NCBI GenBank assembly: GCA_043228905.1
Contig: JBHGNT010000022.1
Coordinates: 7,626,001 to 7,690,000, forward strand
Origin: Azolla caroliniana
Lineage: Eukaryota; Plantae; Polypodiophyta
Direction: 5' to 3'
Length of the DNA: 64,000 nucleotides
Numbering within the stretch: the stretch's first letter is position 1; each line of letters begins with the position of its first letter. Below the pieces are notes generated by a model. It saw only the letters and a program-made list of their open reading frames with translations. It was not told where the DNA came from and made no database searches. Shown here one piece after another: positions 38,657 to 50,064 of the stretch. Both the position numbers and the translations under genes were made by a program.

Positions 38657-38669
38657 TGGCACGCCCGGT
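38657..38669 (+). promoter_or_regulatory. Primer-binding site of C, probably tRNA-Arg(UCU)
   Basis: TGGCACGCCCGGT, 11 nt after the 5' LTR; matches my recollection of the plant tRNA-Arg(UCU) 3' end. A has the degenerate TGGCACGCTTGGT. Confidence 0.7.
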
Positions 38670-38704
38670 TACATCTGCAATTAAGCAGAGAACAATTCGA
38701 ATGG

Positions 38705-41700
38705 ATGTCGTATGAAGAGGAGGCACCGGTCAGTTGTAAGCGCCCTCGTACAAGGTCAGTTACGAAGGTAGTGCAACAAGCGTTCATTGCGCAAGAACAG
38801 TCGGAATCAAGCACAAAGTGGTCGAAACTTCCTGACTTATCCGATCAATTACCTTCAGACGAAAAACAGACGGAAGAGGTATCGTTTTACGACATTTGGG
38901 ACGATATGCCTTATACTTATTCTAAGTTCCGGGAAGGAACAGATGCGGAAGCACATGTTAGGGATTTCTTAACGACATGGGAGATTAACCATGGAGCTCA
39001 GCGATTGTCGGCAGATGCCGAAGATAAGTCAAAAATCGCTGAGTTCGTCTTATCATTAGACGGATATTCCGCTAATTGGTTTGCGCAGAACGGTCTTCAA
39101 GGATTTCCATCCTTTGAAGTGTTAACTAGTAAATTTTTACAATTATTTCATCAACAAATTCCGCAGAAGGATTTGATTGCGCAATTTTATGCGTTATATC
39201 AAGAAAAAAATGAAACAGTATCTCAGTTTGTGATACGATTTCAGAACTTACAGCTTCAGATTTCAAGGCCGATTCCGGATAAGGAATTAAAAGAAGTCTT
39301 TCTAGAAGCTGTAAAAGAACCATTAAGGACGACATTGAAAGTGTTCGATTTTCGAAATCAGACTATCGAACAAGTAATTGATAAAGCAATAGAAATGGGT
39401 CGACCACCGGTCAATGTTCAGAGTATGGACATGTCGGCATTACACCGTACATTACCAACAATAGAGGAGTTACAATTTCGACAAGCAGTTCAATGCACCA
39501 CTTGTTTAAATACGGGGCATTCGGCAATTGAATGTACGTTAAGAACACATTGTACAATATGTCATTCAAAATTACATTCAGTAGAACAATGTGAATATAA
39601 TCTGCTTAATAAGACTACGGCGTCAGTACGACAAATTTTTACTGACAATGGTTACCAAAATAACACTAATCTGTTCAATGGTTATCAAAATAATAATTTT
39701 TCACAAAATCAGCAAAATGTACAACAGAATCCGGTTCTACAGCCAAATCAGATCTTTTCACAACAAAATATGCAACCCACTCAAGTGACTCAAGCATTTC
39801 AACCAGGTTTTGTTCAATCCAATCCACCATTCGTACAGAATCCGAATCAATATTTTCAACAAAATAATCAAAGTTTCCAACAAGGTAACCCACCATTTCA
39901 AGGGTTTCAACAGAACTGTCCGAATGTGCAACCGAATTCTACATTTCAACCAAATCCGGCATTTCAACCGGGTAATATGACCTTTCAACATAATACTCAA
40001 ACCGTGCCACAAAATAATCAAATGTTTCAACAGAGTAATTTTCCGCCAAATCAGGAGTTCGGGATACCACACAATATAGCACAACCAAATGATAATACTG
40101 AACAATTTAGGCAGAATCGGTATAAAAACAAGAGATTTTACAAACCAAAAGCTACACGTCAATACCAACAAAACCCGAATGGTAATGAAGAGCAGCAATT
40201 TAATAACGGCCAATTTGCACATGGAGAGACCAATGCAACATTTGTACCCACTTGTTACATTTGTCGACAAATAGGCCATTATGCTAATCAATGTCCGGTT
40301 AAAGGAAAGGGTCCAGCAGTTAATATGGTAATACCGGAAGTTCAGCAAGTAACGACACGCAGCAAAAGCAAACAATCAGAGTGGGAAATTCAGGAAGAAG
40401 TTCGGAAGGCGGCAAAAGAATGGGTGGACGAAGCAAATCAAAGTAATGTGAATCGAATGTTACAAGACAATAACATTGACCAGGACATCGTTGTACAACA
40501 GTCATTGGGGAATAAGGAACAGGAAGAAACTTGGAAACTGTTGGCTGATTGCCAAGTGTCATTGACACTTACGGGCTTACTTAAGTTAGTACCAAGGTTT
40601 ACAGAAAAAGTGGCAGCATTAATTGCATATAAAGGTTCCGAACAAATAGCAGTACACTACAATCAGCCAAGTAATAACCCTTCGATCATGGATGAACAGA
40701 ATCCGTCAATTAAGGTAATACTTTACGGGCAAGAAATCGGAAATGTGATTATAGATGGAGGCTCGGGTGTTAATGTGATTAACAAAACTACATGTGAAAA
40801 ACTGGGAATCACGGAATGGGAAGCATGTCCGTTTTGGTTACGAATGGCAGATACAAGTACGGTACGACCGATTGGTTTGCTTCGAGAACTGGACGTAATA
40901 ATCGGGGGACAGTTTTCAGATTTCGGCAGTAATTTTGCAGTTAGAAACACAGGGAGCATACCCCTTGTTATTGGGGAGACCATGGTTAAAGACAGCTAAT
41001 ATTAAACAAAATTGGAAACAAAATGTGCTAACATTTAGGAAAGGAAAAACTAAGGTCAGGATTCCGACGCACAACAAAGTGACAACAAGCAAACAGAGTT
41101 TACCTGTACATGCAGAAGCAGTTAATATGATGGAAGGATTGGACGAGGAAGAAGAAAGTCAGTATTTTGATGATAATCAGAAAATCATCCCTCTATTTGT
41201 GGTCGATATTTTGCAAGCATTAACACCATATGTAGACTCACACGAAGAAGTGCCAATCGATGAGCAAACAATGAAAGAAATACGAATGCAACAAGACGCT
41301 ACAGATAAGGAAATGAAGGTATCTCAGAGAGTGCAAGCCTCAGCATTGGAGGAGATCGATTTGGCAGGAGTAGAGGATGCTGAAAGAAAAACAGTCTTGA
41401 TTGCTAGAGATTTGGCGGAAAATGACAAACGGACATTAACAACATTACTATTACAATATAAAGATGTTTTTGCATGGTCGTTTGACGATATGAAAGGTCT
41501 GGATCCCGCTTTTTGTCAACATCAAATCAATTTGCATAAAGATGCAAAGCCAGTACAACAACGCAGGTACAGGTTGAATCCGAATTATGCTATCAAAGTA
41601 AAAGAAGAAATCGATAAACTCTTAAAAGTAGGATTTATTCGACCCGTCAAAAAATCAACATGGCTGAGTCCGATAGTAGTAGTCCCGAAAAAGAATGGGA

Positions 41701-44195
41701 AAATTCGCGTATGTGTGGATTACAGAAAATTGAATGCAGCGACAATTACGGATGCGTTTCCGTTGCCATTCACAGATGGCATATTAGATGCAGTAGCGGG
41801 ACATGAAATTTATAGTTTCTTGGATGGGTTCAGTGGGTACAACCAAGTACGGATGAATCCGGAAGATCAGGAAAAGATAGCCTTCGTCACAGAATGGGGT
41901 GTCTTTGTGGCAGTAGTAATGATGTTCGGTTTAAAAACAGCTCCAGCTACATTTCAGTGGGTAATACAGGAAATATTCGGGGAATATATTCCAGCTTTCA
42001 TGCAGGTGTTTTTAGATGATTTTGCAGTATATAGTCGGAAAGCTGATCATTTTGAGCATTTACGGCTATGCTTAGAAAAATGTCGAAAAGGGCGTCTTAG
42101 CTTAAATCCAGCCAAATGCGCATTCGGAGTAATGAGTGGTACGTTACTTGGGCATATTGTCAGTCAAGAAGGGATTGCAGTGGACCCAGACAAAGTTAAA
42201 GCAATTATTGAGGCAACACCACCAACAAATGCTAAAGCTCTAAGTAAATTTTTGGGTCAAATTCGGTGGCACAGTAGAATGATGAGATATCTAGCAGACA
42301 TTGCTATCCCGTTACACACAGCAGTACACAAAGTTCCTTTTATATGGACAAGTATAGAACAAGATGCATACGAATGTCTCAAGAAGATGCTGACGAAGGT
42401 TCCGGTAGTTCAACCACCGGACTGGAACAAACCATTTCATGTTTTCGTCGATGCGTCGGACATTGCCATTGGCAATGCTTTAATGCAATTATCCGAACCA
42501 AACTGGTATAGGCCGGTATACTATGCCAGTAGGAAACTTTCGTCGGCCGAAAGAAACTATTCAACAACTGAAAGAGAAGCTTTGGGAATGATATATAGTG
42601 TGAACAAATTTCGACATTACCTTCTGGGTAAGAAATTTACATTTCATGTGGATCATTCGGCTTTACTATATCTAGTTTCCAAACAAGAATTGACAGGCAA
42701 GTTAGCCAGATGGACGTTATTGCTTCAAGAGTTTGAATTCGACATTATACATCGACCAGGAGCACAGCACGCGATTGCTGACTATCTCAGTCGGCTTGAG
42801 TCTGGAGAAGAAGCGGTTGGGGTTAAAGATGATTTTCCAGATACTCAATTATTTCGGGTTGAGGCAGTAAAAGCACATGAAGTGAATGAGGAAAAAGACG
42901 ATGAATGGATTTCCGAAATGACGATATTTCTATCAACAGGAATTCCGGCCGAACACATGTCGACAGATGAAAGAAAAAGAATTGCAGTACGAAGTCGGAA
43001 TTTTTGTTTATTTAATGACATATTGTATCATAAAGGAGCGGATGGAATATGGCGAAGGGTAGTACGAAAATTTGAAAAATCAGCCATATTAACGGAGTCA
43101 CATTGTGGAATTGCTGGCGGTCATTACGCAGGAGAAGCAACAGCCAGAAAAATATGGAATAGCGGGTTATGGTGGCCAACGGTGATGAAAGATGCTAACG
43201 AATATTGTAAGAAATGCGATTTGTGTCAAAGAATGGGGCAACCAACCGAAAAGGATCGAATGCCTTTTCAACCGGTTTTACCTCTTGAGCCATTTCAGAA
43301 ATGGGGCTTAGATTTTGTTGGCCCATTCAAACCAGCAGCTGCAAGAACCGGTAATCGATATATCATAATTGTGACTGACTATTGCACAAAATGGGTTGAA
43401 GCAAAAGCTCTCAGGGACAATACAGCAGCATCCACAGCAAAATTCCTGTATGAGTATATATGGTGTCGATTCGGTTGCCCAATAGAATTGGTAAGCGATC
43501 AAGGCACTCATTTTATTAACAAGTTAATTAACGAATTAACCAATTACTATGCCGTAGTTCATAAGAAAAGTACGCCTTACTATCCCCAAGCTAATGGATT
43601 GGCAGAATCGACAAATAAAACAATTCAAACAATTTTAAAGAAGATAGTGAATGAAAATCGTACTGATTGGGATCAAAAGTTAAATAGTGCATTATGGGCA
43701 TATCGTACTTCGTACAAAACATCCATTAAATCAACACCTTTCCGAATGGCATTCGGACTCGAAGCCGTTATGCCGATCGAATTTCAAATTCCGACACTTC
43801 GTATCCAAGCAACGAATAAGTTAAATGAAATAGAATCGGAGCAGATACGCAAAGAGGCTTTATTAGTATTAGAAGAAGAACGGATTCAATCAATGTCAGC
43901 ACTAGAACACAAGCAGAGACAAATCAAGGCATTCGTAAATCGACATCGAAGGAAATCGGAAGAGCAATTCGAAATTGGGAAACCGGTATTGGTATTCCAG
44001 ACGAGAATGGGACTTATGCCTGGGAAACTCCGGTATAGATGGACAGGTCCAGTATGGATAATTAATAGTAAAAATGGTACGTACCAGCTGGGATCATTAA
44101 CCGGAGAGGTTTTACCGAAATGGGTAAATGGATTCCGGCTTAAACCGTATTTGGGAGATATGCCGGTAAATCCGTTTATTCAAACGGAAGAGTAA
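38705..44195 (+). CDS. Gag-pol polyprotein of Gypsy C (Gag with 3 CCHC knuckles, protease, RT, RNase H, integrase), one frameshift near 40908
   Basis: ORFs 38705..40999 and 40935..44195. Motifs CTTCLNTGHSAIEC, CTICHSKLHSVEQC, CYICRQIGHYANQC, IIDGGSGVNVI, FLDGFSGYNQV, VFLDDF, FVDAS, HCGIAGGH..CKKCDLCQ, WGLDFVGP and GKLRYRWTGP. Confidence 0.93.
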
Positions 44196-45729
44196 AAAAA
44201 AAAAAAAAAAAAAAAAAACTAACTAACTCACTCAATAGTTCTTGTCAAATGCAACAATACAATCTTGCCATAACAGTATGAATCAACTATAAATAGAAAG
44301 AGGAATTGCATGATTATTAGTAAGGAGTACAACCACTACACGTAGAGTGAATACTAATTAATTCCTACATTAATAGCAATTACTATTCTTTAAGTCATCA
44401 TGCATAAGTTAATATCTTTAAAGCATATTTCTGTATCGTCTGTGTCGCCAAAACAACGGAAACGAGTGCAGATATCGAAACAGTCTGAGCCTTCGTGCCC
44501 TAGTTCGCCCAAACTCTGTTTTTCTGATTTTCATCGCTACAGAAACTGTGCAGATCTGCAACCGTTATCGACAAGTGATTCAGAACAAGGAAACACAGAA
44601 GTCATGCCGATTCCTGTATCTGAAGAACTGCGATTGTGGCTTCATGAGAGAAACTTACAAGGTTTCATCAAAGTAGCAGAAGCGGAACCTCATCCGCAGG
44701 CGGAAGAATTGGTACAACAAATAGACATCACCAAAATCACCACAAAGAAAATACGAAATGCATTACAGATGCCAAGAGGAGGCTTTGAGGCAGTTAAAAA
44801 ACCTTCATCAGAAGCACTCCAATCGTATTTCGGGGAATACTCACCCTCGGCAAAAGCATATCAGACTTATGGAGGTCGGGATGAGTTTTTTCATGAAGTG
44901 GCTAGATTTTTATTAGAGGTGGGATTTGTCAGTCCTCGTTTTTATTGTATGCCGAAAAAAAGGGCTGGGTTTATCATAGCCGCATACGAAAAAGAGGATT
45001 TCAACTGGCCACTATTGTCGGGGGAAGCTCTGAGAGAGCAGCTACAAGGGGTAAAAACAGGAAAACCGATGAAGCAAATTTTTGGTCGTTGGTTATCGGT
45101 ATTGTTTCCGATTCAAGAATCGGAAACTCCTGTTCAGTCAAGAAGACCACCGATAGTACAAGCACCACGAAGACACCGACAGGTAGTACATGAAGAATGG
45201 ATAGAAGAAGAATCGGCACATGCCGATAATATACAAACGAATATGCCTCAGTCGGTATTGAGAATCAGCTCTTCCGATTCACCTTCACCACTCGGCCACA
45301 ACCGAGTAATCTCCGAATCAATGGAGCAGAAAATAGGAAATACAGAGAAAGACACGATACACAGGGATTAACGTGGAAAACCCTATACGGGAAAAACCAC
45401 GGGAGTGCGAGACTCCAAACCAAACTATGCACAGAGAAATATACAATGGCGAGCTGCAAGGCAACGACCTTGCGCTCGCTTTCTTCGCCACAGGCGGCGG
45501 TATTACACAGAGGCGTCGACCTCTTCCTCTCTCACGCTCTATCTCGGCTGCTCTCACTTCGCTCCCTCTTAGTGGAAAAACAGAAAATGAGCAACAACAA
45601 CTAAACTGTTTGCCCTAAGTCATATTTATACACATATGACTTTCGGGCTATTTACAAATATAGCCTCAAGGGCTCTTGGCAAACATATTCACAAATATGT
45701 CCCCGCATCCGGATCTCGCTCCGGGTACA

Positions 45730-45920
45730 TTCGTCATCCGGCTCCGTAACCGGGGTCTTCAGCATCCGGCTCCGTAGCCGGGGTATTCATCATCCGGCTC
45801 CGTAGCCGGGGTCTTCGTCATCCGGCTCCGTAGCCGGGGTCTTCGTCATCCGGCTCCGTAGCCGGGGTCTTCATCATCCGGCTCTGTAGCCAGGGTCTTC
45901 GTCATCCGGCTCCGTAACCG
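45730..45920. repeat. 28-bp tandem repeat in the D LTR U3 region (7 units here, 8 units at 50569-50787)
   Basis: Unit CATCCGGCTCCGTAGCCGGGGTCTTCRT; LTR lengths 726 vs 754 bp. Confidence 0.92.
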
Positions 45921-45991
45921 CAACCGGGCTTGCCGTCATTCATCTCCGGACATCCCATCCGGAGGGACCGTAATCCCAACAAACTCCCCCT

Positions 45992-48900
45992 TCACTTCGG
46001 CATGGGATGTCTCTCCAATCCGATCCTCTTCCGGCATGCTTCCAGCTTGTCGGGTGTGAGCACCTTGGTCAGCATATCCGACCCGTTCTCGTCCGTGTGG
46101 ACCTTCGTCAGCACGAACTCCTTGTCTTCTATCCTTTCCCGGATCCAGTGATATCTTCGCTGGATGTGCTTCGTCCGGGAGTGATAGGCCGCGTTCTTCG
46201 CAAGGTGGATGGCACTCTGACTGTCGCAGTAGAGTCGGTACTCCTCCTGCCGGATACCGAGCTCTCTAATGAAGTCCTTCATCCATATCATTTCCTTGCC
46301 GGCTTCAACAGCCGCCATGTACTCCGCCTCCGTGGTTGACAACGCAACCGTCTTCTGCAGCCTCGACTGCCACGAAACAGCTCCCCCTGCATACGTCATC
46401 ACATACCCTGATGTGGACCGGCTGGTATCTACATCAGCCGACATATCCGAATCGGTAAAGCCGTCGAGTTCGGGCTTACCGGAGCCGAATCGGAGGCACA
46501 CGTTTGCCGTGCCCTTCAGGTATCGGAGTATCCACTTGACCGCGTTCCAGTGCTCTTTGCCGGGATTGCTCATGTACCGGCTCACCACTCCGACTGCATA
46601 TCCTATGTCCGGTCTCGTACACACCATGGCGTACATCAAGCTCCCGACGGCTGAGGCATACGGCACTTTCATCATATCCTCCTTTTCAGCCTTTGTCTTG
46701 GGACTTTGCTTGCTGGACAGCTTGCAGTTTGCCGGGAGGGTCGATCCGACCGGTCTTGCTTCCGACATGTTGAACCGGTGAAGCACCTTTGTCACGTACT
46801 TCTCCTGTGACAGCCACAACTGCTTTTTGCTCCGGTCCCGGATGATGTGCATCCCCAGTATTTGCCTCGCCGGACCCAGGTCCTTCATTGAGAAGGTTCG
46901 GTGAAGAGCCTTCTTCAGCATCCGTATCTTGACCTGGTCCCATCCGACGATCAACATGTCGTCCACGTACAGGAGGAGTATTAGAGAGTCTCCTCCTTCG
47001 AACTTCTTCACAAACACGCAGTGGTCGGACTGCGTTTTGAGGTACCCTTCGTCGGTCATGAAGGAGTCGAACTTCCGGTACCATTGCCGGGGAGCCTGCT
47101 TCAGTCCGTAAAGGCTCTTCTTCAACCGGCATACCAGGTGCTCCTTCCCTTTCTTCTCGAATCCTTCCGGTTGCTGCATGTAGATCTCTTCATCGAGGTC
47201 ACCGTGAAGGAATGCCGTCTTCACGTCCATCTGTTCTACTTCGAGGTCCATGCTTGCCGCTATGCTCAGCACCGTCCGGATGGAGGTCATCTTCACTACC
47301 GGGGCAAATATCTCGTCGAAGTCGACGCCCTTCTTTTGCTGAAACCCCTTCACCACGATCCTGGCTTTGTATCTCGGGGGGTTTCCGGCATCTCCCGGTT
47401 TCAGCTTGAACACCCACTTGTTTCGAAGTGCCCGCTTTCCTTTCGGCAACTCCACAAGTTCATATGTGTGGTTCTCATGCAGGGAATCCATCTCCTCCTG
47501 CATGGCACTTAACCACCTGCGGCTATGGTTGTCAAGCTTTGCTTCTTCAAAGCTCTCCGGCTCCCCCTCGTCGGTTAGCAGCACGTGCTCTAGTTCCGGA
47601 AATCTCCGGGGGGCCCTTCTCTCTCTTAGAGGGTATCTCCGTTCCGGAGCTTCGGTAACCGGCTGCTCCGTTTCCTCTTCATCCGAATCCATTTCGGGAT
47701 CGGGGCCGGTTCCGGTATCATTTTCATCTTCTTCGGCCGGTTCTGTTTCTTCACCGTCTTCGGCCGGGTCCTCGAGTGCTAACCGGTCCCTTGCCGGTCG
47801 GGACTGCTCCTCGTAGAGTTTATCCTCACCGGTCGACTTGGAGCTCTTCATCTTCTTCTCCGACTCCCAGTCGGCGAGTGTCTTGTCCTCCATGAAGATG
47901 ATATCTCGACTCCTGAATATCTTCTTGTCGACCGGGTCCCATACTCGGTAGCCGAACTCGTCGTCGCCGTAACCGAGGAATATGCATGGCCGGGTCTTTG
48001 GATCTAGCTTTCCTCTCCGGTCCTTTGCCACATGCACGTATGCGAGACACCCGAACACCTTCAGATGCCGATAGGACACTTCCTTACCGGTCCACACTTT
48101 CTGCGGCGTGTCTCCGTCCAAAGGTACTGAGGGTGATCTATTTATCACATACGTCGCCGTCGACATTGCCTCAGCCCAAAACCCCTTGGGTAATTTCGCA
48201 TGCGCCAGCATACTCCGAACCCTCTCCATTATGGTCCGGTTCATCCTCTCGGCCAGCCCGTTCAGTTCTGGCGTCTTCGGCACAGTAAACTCGAGCCGGA
48301 TTCCCTTCGGGCGACAGTACTCCTGGAACTGCCCCCGGTATTCCCCTCCGTTATCCGCTCGTATCGCTTTCAGCTTCTTGCCGGATTCCCTTTCCACTCT
48401 CGCGTGGAGTTCCTTGAAGACGCCCAACACTTGGTCCTTTGTCTTCAACGGTGCCGTCCACAGCTTCCGGTTGTGATCATCAATGAAAGTCACGAAGTAC
48501 TGGGCTCCGCCATGTGACTTCGTTTCTACCTGACACACATCCGTGTGCACCAACTCCAATGGTGCGCTACGTCTCGTCGGTGGCCTTGAGTGGAAGGAGG
48601 CTCGGTTCTGCTTACCGGCCAGGCAATCGGTGCACTTCTCCAGATGCACATGCTTCACTGGAATGAGGTTGTCTTCTGCAAGCCTCTTCATCCCCTTCTC
48701 GCTCATGTGGCACAGTCTCTTGTGCCACAGCTCACCGGCAGTGTCGGCTGCACGTTCAGCTCCTCCGGACATAGCCGGGAATTCATCAGGTACAGTGTGT
48801 TGACCTTCCGGGCCCGAGCCACTATCAGGCTCCCCTTGCTGAACTTCATGACACCGTTCCGGATGCTACCCGTGTAGCCTTCATCGTCTAGCCTGCCGGC

Positions 48901-50064
48901 CGAAATCAGGTTCAATCGAACCTCCGGAACGTGTCGAACATCCTTCAGCAGTATCTTGCATCCGGTTGATGTCATCAGCCACACGTCTCCTATGCCGGCT
49001 ATCCGGCACGTACCTTCATTTCCCATCCGGACACAGCCGTGCTCACCGGCTGTGTAGGATGAGAAGTATTTCTTCTCCGGGGTCAGGTGGAACGACGCTC
49101 CGGAATCGACCACCCAGGTCATCTCTTCACCGGCAAGGTTCAGCTCCCTCTCTTCGGTAATGAGCATTATCTCTTCTTCACTTGCCGCGAGTGCCGTCGT
49201 TCCTTTCCGGTCCTGCCCTCGCCGATCCGGACCTCTTCGGTCCGTGGCTCCCCGGTATGCACCGTTTCTCTCCGGTGACTTCTTCGAATCGGTGTCGACG
49301 GCTCCGTTATCTTTTCGGTAATGCCGACAATTCTTCCGGAAGTGCCCCGGCTTCCCACAGTGGAAGCATGTTGGCCTTCCTCTTGACTGCGACCGGGTTC
49401 CCGACTTCTCCCGTCTTTGCGGACTCCGGTTCCATTGTCTCCCCCGTTCCGATTCGGTAAGCAGCGCCTTCGAGTCGGAGGCCGGTTCTTTATCTCTCCG
49501 ACGCGCTTCTTCGTTCAAAATACTTGTCTTTACCGTTTGTAAGGACAAGTTATCTTCGGTGCAGGAGGTGCTGAGAGTCACCACCAAGTTCTCCCAGCTG
49601 TCCGGCAATGTACACATCAGGATGATGGCTTGCATTGCATCCTCCAACGGGAACTTGATCGCCGCAAGCTGATTCACGAATCCCATGAACGTGCTTACGT
49701 GTTCCACCATACTCTCGCCGTCCCGGTACTTGAGATTCACTATCTTCCTCATCAGGGAGGTCCGGTTCAACGCATTCTTCCTCTCGTAGAGGCCCGACAG
49801 CTTCTTCCACATCTCATATGCGTTGGTGTCGTTCGCCACATGTTGTAGGACGCTTACATCGACATATTGTCGGATCGTCGCTACGGCTTTCCGGTTCAGG
49901 AGCTTCCACTCCGACTCAAGTACCCCCTTCGGTATTTCCGACCTGTCAATCGGTTCATACAGGTCCCGAACAATCAGAAGATCCTCCATCTTGATCTTCC
50001 AGTCGGCGTAATTCTGTGCATTCAGCACCATCATCCCCGGCTGCCCGCTGCCACCGCCTTCCAT
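45992..50064 (-). CDS. Copia D gag-pol polyprotein (Gag, protease, integrase, RT, RNase H), single 1-bp frameshift near 48750
   Basis: CFHCGKPGHFRKNC, WVVDSGASFH, LWHKRLCHMSEKG, VHTDVC, IRADNGGEY, QMDVKTAFLHG, LLYVDDML, FTDSD and SDMLTK. Adding one G (GTG GCA GCC) restores ELNVAADTAGELWHKRL. Confidence 0.93.

Noticed and set aside
40900-40935. Programmed gag-pol frameshift in C
   Set aside because: It falls inside the protease domain, and the same region is in frame in A (GGHRFDISV). More likely a small indel or sequencing error.
48740-48772. Programmed frameshift in Copia D
   Set aside because: Tnt1-like elements have a single ORF and one missing G restores it; a mutation or base-calling error.
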